Below are positions 56,353 to 64,000 of a stretch of DNA of 64,000 nt, in pieces (position 1 is the stretch's first letter; each line of letters opens with the position of its first letter). The DNA comes from Candidatus Bathyarchaeia archaeon (lineage in GTDB: Archaea; Thermoproteota; Bathyarchaeia; Bathyarchaeales; Bathycorpusculaceae). The notes beneath the pieces are model-generated. The model was not told the origin of the DNA. It did not search any database and saw only the letters and a program-made list of their open reading frames with translations. Location: assembly GCA_050010515.1 (NCBI GenBank), contig JBEKKX010000001.1, positions 32,001 through 96,000 of the forward strand. Reading direction: 5' to 3'. The translations under genes were made by a program, and so were the position numbers.

Positions 56353-58302
56353 CTACATTTTTTCTGGTGCAACGACTCCAATGAGAGTTAAAGCGTTATG
56401 CATGACGATTTGTATGGCTTGCGTTAATGTTATGCGTGCGTCGCTGAGCTCCTGCGTTTCTGCTTTTATGACTGGGATTGCGTTGTAGAATGTGTTGAAT
56501 TTGTCTGCTAACGCGTTTGCGTAGTCAGCAATTAAGTTCGGTTTTAGGTATTCTGTGGCTTCGATGAAGGTGCCTGGGAAGCTTGATAGGTTTAAGATGA
56601 GCTCGTGCTCAAGCTTTTCGGAGAGCAGTTCGTATGCTGGTTTTTCTGGTTCTCTTGCCGCTTTGCGCATAATGCTGCATGCTCTTGCATGAGTGTATTG
56701 TACGTATGGTGCACTGTTGGTTTCGAAGTTGAGCACGCGCTCCCAGGTAAATATGACTGGCTTTGAAGAATCAACATCGACAAGCGCGTAACGCACAGCA
56801 CCTAAACCGACAAAGCTGGCGATTTTGCTTTTTTCTTCCTCGGAAAGTTGCGGTGAGCGCTTCGAAACTTCTTCGTAGGCTCGTTGAACCGCTTCGTTGA
56901 GAACTTCGTCCAAAGTAATGTAGTGCCCTCTGCGGCTGCTCATCTTGTAACCGGGCAAAGTAACCAAATTGTAAGCGAAATGAACCAGATTCTCAGCGTA
57001 TTCACTGTAACCTAATGCGTATAGTGCAAGTTTTAACTGAAGCTGTGCCAGCGACTGCTCCACACCAATAACGTTTATGACTTTTTGTGCATGCTTGAAC
57101 TTCCATAGCGTATAAGCTATGTCACGAGTAGTGTATAATGTGGTGCCGTCGGCACGCACAAGCGTTAACGATGGAACCTCATTATTCTCACCCAAACCCA
57201 ACTTGTCCTTCAAATTCAGGATTTCTGCGGCTTTTTCCGCATCAAACTCTAACACGCCTTTTTCGCTGTAAACAAATGGTGAAGTCTTCAGTTTCTGCAA
57301 GACCTCACTAACTTGGGTGCTCCACACGAAGTCGCTTTCCCAATCCCATGAGTCATAAGTGACTTCAACTCGTTTCATGGTTTCTCTGAAACCTTCAAGG
57401 CACAAGTCGCTGACTTCACGGATAAGCTGTTTAGCTTTAGGTTCCCCATCCTCGTAAGCTCGGTTCAGTCGGTTTATTTCTTCCTCTGGATTTTGGTCTT
57501 CACCGATTTTAGCTATCAATGCTTCAAAGAGCACTGGATATTTTTCTTTAAGTTCAGCGGCAATTGACATCCACTCGTCAATTTCCTTATTTGCCTTTAC
57601 TAAATCGTCACTTGAATGGATTGCAATAGCGAGTTCACGTGTTTTTTTCAAACGTTTGATTTCAACAAGACAACTGGTAACGGTGTAGATTTTGCCAACG
57701 AAATGGTCAGGTTTCTCTGTTGGTTTTGGTCTGCCGAGCTTTTCGTAACCATAAGCGACAACAGATGATTGCCTGCCAACATCATCAATGTAGTAATGTC
57801 GTGAAACCTTATTTCCCCTGCATTCTAGAATGCGTGTTAAAGCGTCACCTAGCATGGGATTTCTGGCTTGTCCAATATGGATTGGATGAAGCGGATTAAC
57901 GCTTGTGTGCTCAACGATAATTTTAGTTGGCTCAGCAGTCTTAACAAAGCCATAATCAAACTTTAACTGCTTAACCGATTCCAAAGTTAAAGCTGAAAAC
58001 TTGGCGAAGTTAACATGAAAATTTATGTATCCTGCACCTGCACATGAAACCTTCTCAATCAGTTTAAAGCTGGATTTGTCGATTGCAGCGACTAGATGCC
58101 CCGCAAGGTCTAGTGGTTTTTGGTTTAGTTTCTTTGCCAACTCAAAACACAGTGAGGAAGCTAACTGGCCATATTCAATGTTTGGTGTCTTACTTAGCGT
58201 AATACGTGGCGTTTTTATTTCAGGCAAAGCCTTCTTCAACGCATTTGCCAATACAGTTTGGCATTCTTGGCGAAATTGATCGAATGGATTTTCTGAAATC
58301 AT
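56353..58302 (-). CDS. argS: Arginine--tRNA ligase
   Basis: EHTSVNPLHPIHIGQ, KMSSRRG, YVQYTHARACS, C-terminal PEKM. Confidence 0.97.
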   Translation of the reverse strand: MISENPFDQFRQECQTVLANALKKALPEIKTPRITLSKTPNIEYGQLASSLCFELAKKLNQKPLDLAGHLVAAIDKSSFKLIEKVSCAGAGYINFHVNFAKFSALTLESVKQLKFDYGFVKTAEPTKIIVEHTSVNPLHPIHIGQARNPMLGDALTRILECRGNKVSRHYYIDDVGRQSSVVAYGYEKLGRPKPTEKPDHFVGKIYTVTSCLVEIKRLKKTRELAIAIHSSDDLVKANKEIDEWMSIAAELKEKYPVLFEALIAKIGEDQNPEEEINRLNRAYEDGEPKAKQLIREVSDLCLEGFRETMKRVEVTYDSWDWESDFVWSTQVSEVLQKLKTSPFVYSEKGVLEFDAEKAAEILNLKDKLGLGENNEVPSLTLVRADGTTLYTTRDIAYTLWKFKHAQKVINVIGVEQSLAQLQLKLALYALGYSEYAENLVHFAYNLVTLPGYKMSSRRGHYITLDEVLNEAVQRAYEEVSKRSPQLSEEEKSKIASFVGLGAVRYALVDVDSSKPVIFTWERVLNFETNSAPYVQYTHARACSIMRKAAREPEKPAYELLSEKLEHELILNLSSFPGTFIEATEYLKPNLIADYANALADKFNTFYNAIPVIKAETQELSDARITLTQAIQIVMHNALTLIGVVAPEKM

Positions 58303-58404
58303 TAAGCCTTTTTCTCCTATTCCTTTTTGTTGACGCTAACTTTGTTGAGGTTATGTTTTTTAAATGTGTAAGCGTATTTATCTGTCTAATGGATGCAGTT
58401 AGCG

Positions 58405-59253
58405 ATGAAAACAAAGGTAATCTATTCAGAAAAATGTTTAGGCTACGGCACATGGCACATTGAAGGACCACAACGAGTAAAAACCGCATCTGAAATTTTG
58501 AAAGCTAAAGGTTACGAGTTTTTGGAGCCAACGCCTGCAAGTGAAGAAGACTTGTTAACTGTTCATGATGCTGATTACCTTTGGAATCTAAAGAAAGGCT
58601 TAGTTGAAGATTCAGATACACCTGCATATGACAAAATCTATGAGTTTGCGAGGCTTTCGGTTGGTGGTGCACTTTTAGCCTCAAGAATTAATGGTTTTTC
58701 GCTTATGCGTCCACCCGGACACCATGTTGGAAGAAGCGGTGCTGCTTTGGGTGTTTACACGCGTGGGTTCTGCTACCTCAACAATATTGCGGTAGCTGTT
58801 AAAGAGTTAGGCAAAAGAACGCTGATTCTGGATATTGACGGACACCACGGCAACGGGACGCAGGAGATTTTTCAAGGTGACGAGAAAATCCTTTACGTTT
58901 CGCTGCATCAATCGTCCAATTATCCTGGAACTGGCTCTTTCACTGAAGGTAATTGTGTTAATTTTGCTTTGCCAGCAGATTGTGGTGGAAAACGTTATTT
59001 GGAGACGCTTGACAAAGCCTTGGGAATGGTTGATTTGGGCAGGTTTGAGGAGATTGCCGTTTCCGCTGGTTTCGATACGCATCTGGGTGATTTAGCGTCT
59101 TTAGGCTTAATTGAGCAAGATTACTTTGACATTGGCAAAAGAGTTGCTTTGCTAGGGAAGCCTATGTTTCTTGTTTTGGAGGGTGGTTATATAGGTGAAA
59201 AGGTTGGGTTGGATATTGATATGCTTTTGAAGGGTTACGAAGAAAACAGATAA
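58405..59253 (+). CDS. Histone deacetylase / acetylpolyamine amidohydrolase family protein
   Basis: RPPGHH, GFCYLNN, DIDGHHGNGTQ, SAGFD, LEGGY. Confidence 0.92.
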   Translation: MKTKVIYSEKCLGYGTWHIEGPQRVKTASEILKAKGYEFLEPTPASEEDLLTVHDADYLWNLKKGLVEDSDTPAYDKIYEFARLSVGGALLASRINGFSLMRPPGHHVGRSGAALGVYTRGFCYLNNIAVAVKELGKRTLILDIDGHHGNGTQEIFQGDEKILYVSLHQSSNYPGTGSFTEGNCVNFALPADCGGKRYLETLDKALGMVDLGRFEEIAVSAGFDTHLGDLASLGLIEQDYFDIGKRVALLGKPMFLVLEGGYIGEKVGLDIDMLLKGYEENR

Positions 59254-59266
59254 TTTGGAAAAGGAC

Positions 59267-59890
59267 TTACTTTTGCTTCTGTTTTGCAAGTGTCTTCTTG
59301 TTTAGTGCTTCAAGCTTCTCTGTAACTTTTTCAGACCGCTTCTCTGCAACCGCTAACAATGGTTTCCAGTCTTTGTTTTTAACGGTAGTTGTTAGTTGTT
59401 CGCATTGCACCGACAGTTTTTCAAGTGCGTCGTTGAAGAGTTTTTCTGCAGCTTCGTCTGAATCCACTATTTCCAGTGCCTCTTCTGGACATGATTCTAC
59501 GCATTTTGGTTCGCCTTGGCAAAGGTCACATGCGATAGATTTTCCAGTGTCACAGTTGATGGTGATTCCTCCATGTTCGCAGGCTTGTACGCACCAGTCG
59601 CAGCCTTTACATTTTTTTTCGTCTATGATTAGTAAGCCTGTGTCTTCTGCTTGTGAGAGCGCGTTTTCCGGACATGCCTTAACGCATCTAGCGTCCTTGC
59701 ATGCTCGGCATGATAATGCAAAGTTGAAGAGTGGTGCCATGCGGACAACTCGGATTCTGGACCGCATCGGGTTCCACATAGATTCGCCTTTTTCTACTGT
59801 GCAAGCATACTCGCAGATCCCGCAGCCAATGCACTTGCCCGGGTCAACGGCTACAAATTTTCTTTTTTGTTCGCTTTTAGCGGATTGCAT
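59267..59890 (-). CDS. 4Fe-4S dicluster (polyferredoxin, CooF/HydN-like) protein
   Basis: CIGCGICEYAC, CRAC...CVKACP, CKGCDWCVQAC, CDLC...CVESCP. Confidence 0.88.
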   Translation of the reverse strand: MQSAKSEQKRKFVAVDPGKCIGCGICEYACTVEKGESMWNPMRSRIRVVRMAPLFNFALSCRACKDARCVKACPENALSQAEDTGLLIIDEKKCKGCDWCVQACEHGGITINCDTGKSIACDLCQGEPKCVESCPEEALEIVDSDEAAEKLFNDALEKLSVQCEQLTTTVKNKDWKPLLAVAEKRSEKVTEKLEALNKKTLAKQKQK

Positions 59891-60030
59891 TTTTGCATCA
59901 GACCTTTTTTGTTGCTTGAATATTGTGCGCATCATTGCCTTTTAACCGTTACTTATGAAAAATGATTTTTTGATGAAAAAGTTGCTCTGCAAATAATTTG
60001 CGTCTTACATGCTGTTATTACTACTTAGAA

Positions 60031-60068
60031 TGCGGAGGGTGGGATTTGAACCCACGAACCCCTGCGGG
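60031..60068 (-). repeat. Duplicated tRNA-Leu 3' half (att site)
   Basis: Exact 38-bp copy of 60660-60697. Confidence 0.95.
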
Positions 60069-60098
60069 TTTCCATTTAGCGGTCCGTAAGTTTGTGCA

Positions 60099-60362
60099 TT
60101 ATGGCATTTTTCCCTTATAGAGGTCCGCTGTGCTATAACCATGCTCTCTCTCCATCTTTTCTCTAAAGTCCTTGTCATTAGTGATTTTCCAGCAAAGTAA
60201 AGCATCCTCAACGTTTTTCCGCATCCAAATTTGCCCCTTACTTATCAGAACAACTTCAAAGCGGTCGTTGAACCACTTTTCAGCTTCGGCAATATTATCG
60301 GTAATTCTAGTAATATACAGGTGCTTGTTTGTCAGCGCTTCTTGGAGTTCCTTTGTGCTCAT
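60099..60362 (-). CDS. Small hypothetical protein in the mini-element, resembling archaeal integrase C-terminal tails
   Basis: ITDNIAEAEKWFNDRFEVVLISKGQIWMRK; ATG at 60362. Confidence 0.55.
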   Translation of the reverse strand: MSTKELQEALTNKHLYITRITDNIAEAEKWFNDRFEVVLISKGQIWMRKNVEDALLCWKITNDKDFREKMEREHGYSTADLYKGKMP

Positions 60363-60656
60363 TTTTCTTTTCTCTCGCTCTTTCTTAACCTTCTTATTTT
60401 TACTCGAAAACGACTCTATTTTGTATTGTCTGTGCTTATTTGATTTATGTAGAACTTGCCTGATTAGAGCTAACAATAGTAGCTAAAATAACAAACCAAG
60501 TGCGTAATGTTTTTGATTTTTTTGTGTTAATAACTTCCTTTGAAAATTCCCAAGCAAGGCTTTTACTTGAATGATATGCTTTCCTGCAGAATTGGTAAAC
60601 AGGATAAACAAGTCTTGGGAACAATAACCTTGATTTAAAATCCGAAGGGCGAAAGA

Positions 60657-60744
60657 TGGTGCGGAGGGTGGGATTTGAACCCACGAACCCCTGCGGGATA
60701 GGAGCCTCAGTCCTACGCCTTTGGCCATGCTGGGCGACCTCCGC
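60657..60744 (-). tRNA. tRNA-Leu (anticodon GAG), CCA encoded
   Basis: GCGGAGG acceptor stem; TAGGA-CTGAGGC-TCCTA anticodon arm; long variable arm; GTGGG-TTCAAAT-CCCAC. Confidence 0.97.
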
Positions 60745-60941
60745 GAGCATGTTTTTTGCTTGTTTGAGGTTGGTGCGAAATATAGAATTAGTCATGGCAT
60801 TTAAAGACTTTACTTTGCGGGCTGGCGTGTTGGAGTGTTAGATTTGTTTATTACTGTGAAGGTTCTGAATAGTTTTGGGATTGGGGATAGGTTTATTTCC
60901 CCGATAAATATAACAGTGTTATAATAACAGGCGAATTAATT

Positions 60942-61895
60942 ATGACAAAAATATACAACAACGTTCTCGAAACCATAGGAGAAACGCCATTAATAAAACT
61001 AAACCGGCTAACCCAAGGCACAAGCGCCACCGTGGTAGCCAAACTTGAATCCAGAAACCCAGGCGGAAGCGTCAAAGACCGCATATGCCTAAGCATGATA
61101 GTTGAAGCGGAAAAACAAGGCTTAACCAAACCAGGCACCACCATAATCGAACCGACAAGCGGCAACACAGGCATCGGCTTAGCCATGGTAGCAGCCGTAA
61201 AAGGCTACAAACTAATACTCACCATGCCAGAAACCATGAGCATCGAACGCCGCAGCCTACTCAAAGCCTACGGCGCACAACTCGTCCTTACACCAGGACC
61301 AGACGGCATGGGAGGAGCCATCAAAAAAGCTGAAGAACTCGCCAAAAGCACACCCAACAGTTTCGTGCCACAACAATTCAAAAATCTAGCAAACCCAAAG
61401 GTTCACAGAGAAACCACTGGACCAGAAATTTGGACTGCGACAGACGGCAAAGTAGATATCGTGGTCTCAGGAGTCGGAACAGGCGGAACGATAACTGGCA
61501 TAGCAGAATACATCAAACCGCTTAAACCCGAGTTTAAAGCCGTAGCAGTTGAACCAGCAGCTTCGCCAGTCCTTAGCGGCGGCCAGAAAGGACCACACAA
61601 AATCCAAGGAATAGGCGCAGGCTTCAAACCAGACGTGCTGAAACTTGATTTAGTGGATGAAATATTCAAAGTAAAAGATGATGACGCTATACAAACCGCG
61701 CGGCAACTTGTCCTAAAAGAGGGCTTACTTGTAGGCATATCCTCAGGTGCAGCAACCTTCGCAGCCTTAGAAATAGCTAAACGGCTAGAAAACAAAGGCA
61801 AGCTAATAGTCGTTATTCTCCCAGATACAGGCGAACGCTACCTTAGCACAGTATTATTCCAAGAACCGCCAACAAGCACAAACTCTAACGTCTAA
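60942..61895 (+). CDS. cysK: Cysteine synthase A
   Basis: [42 protein letters not shown]. Confidence 0.96.
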   Translation: MTKIYNNVLETIGETPLIKLNRLTQGTSATVVAKLESRNPGGSVKDRICLSMIVEAEKQGLTKPGTTIIEPTSGNTGIGLAMVAAVKGYKLILTMPETMSIERRSLLKAYGAQLVLTPGPDGMGGAIKKAEELAKSTPNSFVPQQFKNLANPKVHRETTGPEIWTATDGKVDIVVSGVGTGGTITGIAEYIKPLKPEFKAVAVEPAASPVLSGGQKGPHKIQGIGAGFKPDVLKLDLVDEIFKVKDDDAIQTARQLVLKEGLLVGISSGAATFAALEIAKRLENKGKLIVVILPDTGERYLSTVLFQEPPTSTNSNV

Positions 61896-61962
61896 GTCGT
61901 CGTTTACAAGACGCTTCTCTTATATTCTCCCTTTATTCATAATGAGAGGAAGTGAAGAAAAA

Positions 61963-63018
61963 ATGACAGCAAAATCTAACCAGCCCCGCCCGAAAGAATA
62001 CGAAGAATGCACAGATAAAAACTTGGAAAATGACTGTTGGAACCCAGAGAGAATGTTAGATGTACTCATGCGCAACCATGATAAAGTGGAGCAGAACTGG
62101 GTTTTAAAAGGCTTACCAAAATTAGTAGACGACATCATGGCTAATTACCAAGCCTTCGGCGGCATGGACCACCTTGAAGGACGCGATCTTCCATCAAAAA
62201 AAATAGTTATCGAAGTGTTAGAAGATTTATTCACAATTCTTTTCCCAGGCTACTTAGGCAAAGAGGAAATCACAAAAGCCAACATAAAATATCATTTAGG
62301 CATCACTCTAACTTCAGTTTATACAAGACTCACAGATGAAGTTGAAAAAAGCCTAAAATATATCTGCAGAAAAGTCAGCGAGTGCCCACAGGACGTATGC
62401 CAACAAAGAGCCCGCGTCGTAGTTAAAGAACTTCTGGAAAAATTGCCTGAAATAAGATCAATGTTAAGCGGAGACATCCAAGCCGCTTACGCAGGAGATC
62501 CAGCAGCCATAAGCATAGAAGAAGTCATTCTAAGCTACCCATGTGTATTGGCGATAACGACTAACAGGATAGCCCACGAACTTTACCTGAGAGGAATCCC
62601 CTTGATTCCGAGAATAATGAGCGAACACGTTCATTCCTTAACCGGTATAGATATTCATCCGGGCGCAAAAATTGGCAAAAACTTCTTCATCGACCATGGA
62701 ACCGGAGTAGTCATTGGGGAAACCACAGAAATAGGCGACAACGTCAAACTTTACCAAGGCGTGACCTTAGGTGCGCTGAGTTTTCCAAAAGACGAGAAAG
62801 GAAACATTATCAAAGGAAGAAAGAGACACCCGACGGTGGGAAGCAAGGTAGTTATCTATTCAGGCGCAACTCTTCTGGGACCAGATGCAATAATCGGTGA
62901 TAACGTAGTCATAGGCGGAAATGTCTGGATAACCTCACCGATTGCCTCAGGAACAACAATAACCATTGCTGCACCAGAACAAAACTATAAAAAAGAAAAC
63001 CATAAAGAAAAAACTTAA
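61963..63018 (+). CDS. cysE: Serine O-acetyltransferase (EpsC type)
   Basis: GDPAA, TGIDIHPGA, IDHGTGVVIGET, YQGVTLG, KRHPT. Confidence 0.93.
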   Translation: MTAKSNQPRPKEYEECTDKNLENDCWNPERMLDVLMRNHDKVEQNWVLKGLPKLVDDIMANYQAFGGMDHLEGRDLPSKKIVIEVLEDLFTILFPGYLGKEEITKANIKYHLGITLTSVYTRLTDEVEKSLKYICRKVSECPQDVCQQRARVVVKELLEKLPEIRSMLSGDIQAAYAGDPAAISIEEVILSYPCVLAITTNRIAHELYLRGIPLIPRIMSEHVHSLTGIDIHPGAKIGKNFFIDHGTGVVIGETTEIGDNVKLYQGVTLGALSFPKDEKGNIIKGRKRHPTVGSKVVIYSGATLLGPDAIIGDNVVIGGNVWITSPIASGTTITIAAPEQNYKKENHKEKT

Positions 63019-63019
63019 A

Positions 63020-63481
63020 CTAGACTATGCGGAAGTTTTCCTTCACCGTAGTCAAAACTACATGAGTGTTTGTTCGCTCAATAAACGGCAAAGATAACAA
63101 TCGCTTAGTGAACTGCCCAAGTTCCTCTCGACTCTTAAACTTAGCAACAATAATAGCATCCGTCAAGCCTGTCACGTCATAGACACAGCAAACGTTGGAT
63201 ATTTTAGCTATTTCATTTTCAGTTTCCACAAGCCTGCCCTTAGAAACCGTAATCTCAGTTACAACTGTCAATTGATAACCAAGTTTTTCGTGATCTAGCA
63301 GAACAGAATAACCCTTGATGAGACCCTCATCTTCCATCTTTTTAATTCTAGACAAAACTGTTCCAACTGATACGCCGACGTTCTTGGCTATTTGCCTGCT
63401 TGAAAACCTTGCATCCTCTAAAAGGCTTTTGAGAATTTTTAAATCAGTTTCATTTAAATCCGTAAACATAACCCCCTGCAC
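63020..63481 (-). CDS. Lrp/AsnC-family transcriptional regulator
   Basis: DLKILKSLLEDARFSSRQIAK HTH, YDVTG, TNTHVVLTTVKE. Confidence 0.92.
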   Translation of the reverse strand: MQGVMFTDLNETDLKILKSLLEDARFSSRQIAKNVGVSVGTVLSRIKKMEDEGLIKGYSVLLDHEKLGYQLTVVTEITVSKGRLVETENEIAKISNVCCVYDVTGLTDAIIVAKFKSREELGQFTKRLLSLPFIERTNTHVVLTTVKENFRIV

Positions 63482-63690
63482 GTTCTTTCAATTAAACTCG
63501 TTTTTTCGAAACATTATTTTAATTATTACACGATTATATTAATAAAAGTTTAGTTTACACTATCAACCAAAGGATGCTAAAGTTAAAGGAAAACCATTTT
63601 AAGGTTCAAAAACTGCTTTGACTTTGACGTGAAACGGATAGCAATCTTAAATTACCAGCAGCTTAAACTCAATAATTTGAGCCACTACAA

Positions 63691-64000
63691 ATGCAAGCAA
63701 AATACGACACGATATTGGTACTTGACTTTGGGGGGCAATACTGCCATCTTATAGGCAGAAGAATCAGGGAAAACGGCGTTTATTCAGAAATTGTTGCCCA
63801 CGACATATCACCCGAAGAGGTTAAGGCTCTAAACGAAAAATTCAATGTTAAAGGCTTAATTCTTTCAGGCGGACCCTCAAGCGTCTACGAACCAAACGCG
63901 CCCAAGCTTAACCCCCGCATTTTAGAAGCGAATTTACCGATTCTAGGCTTATGCTACGGACACCAGCTGTTAGCTCAGTTAGCCAATGGCAAAGTTGAGC
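63691..64000 (+). CDS. guaA: GMP synthase (glutamine amidotransferase domain), 5' part
   Basis: Manual translation MQAKYDTILVLDFGGQYCHLIGRRIRE...ILSGGPSSVY...LGLCYGHQ; runs off the window. Confidence 0.93.
   Translation, partial: MQAKYDTILVLDFGGQYCHLIGRRIRENGVYSEIVAHDISPEEVKALNEKFNVKGLILSGGPSSVYEPNAPKLNPRILEANLPILGLCYGHQLLAQLANGKVE

Larger units (their letters stand above)
60031..60697. mobile_element. Miniature integrated element at tRNA-Leu bounded by 38-bp att direct repeats
   Basis: tgcggagggtgggatttgaacccacgaacccctgcggg at 60031-60068 and 60660-60697. Confidence 0.85.

Noticed and set aside
59298-59945. 215-aa plus-strand ORF
   Set aside because: Antisense shadow of the ferredoxin-like gene; Ser-rich with no motifs.
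60031-60068. Possible second or split tRNA, or CRISPR repeat
   Set aside because: Only the 3' half is present, with no anticodon arm or splice motif. Two copies 629 bp apart fit att sites. No CRISPR array or cas genes were seen in the window.
60445-60841. ORFs overlapping tRNA-Leu, and 60005..60211 overlapping the att copy
   Set aside because: Translations of tRNA sequence (GFVGSNPTLR), not proteins.

Overview
Archaeal chromosomal window, most likely Bathyarchaeia. This is inferred from the gene set: methanogen-type CdhABCDE, H4MPT/F420 genes, archaeal tRNAs and frequent TTG/GTG starts. (1) 1-18.5 kb: a genomic island anchored by a tyrosine integrase directly downstream of tRNA-Gly(CCC). It carries three PLP aminotransferases, an LLM/F420 oxidoreductase, a degenerate aspartoacylase-like protein, a metallophosphoesterase, a cyclase, an APC permease, two paralogous orphan nucleotidyltransferases, a thiolase/DUF35/HADH-ECH/SDR set and an IS remnant. 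(2) 18.9-29.7 kb: purM-purS-purL-purQ facing purF-purD-HAD-ftr-like-pfkB. No purN or purT is present, and an EhaR/EhaS/EhaT-like trio sits where step 3 of purine synthesis would be. This is the best candidate for an undescribed system: an H4MPT-dependent GAR formylation bypass. (3) 29.9-45.4 kb: the ACDS operon, metal-accessory genes, a catalytic-subunit-less NuoEFG/HoxEFU-like module bracketed by a duplicated cooC 3' end, and two cooC genes. (4) 46-64 kb: F420 genes, a GCS2/RLAN/RimK ligase cluster, two convergent deoxyhypusine synthase paralogs, argS, an HDAC, a ~630-bp mini-element in tRNA-Leu(GAG), cysK-cysE, an Lrp regulator and the start of guaA. All calls come from motif recognition by eye; no database searches were run.
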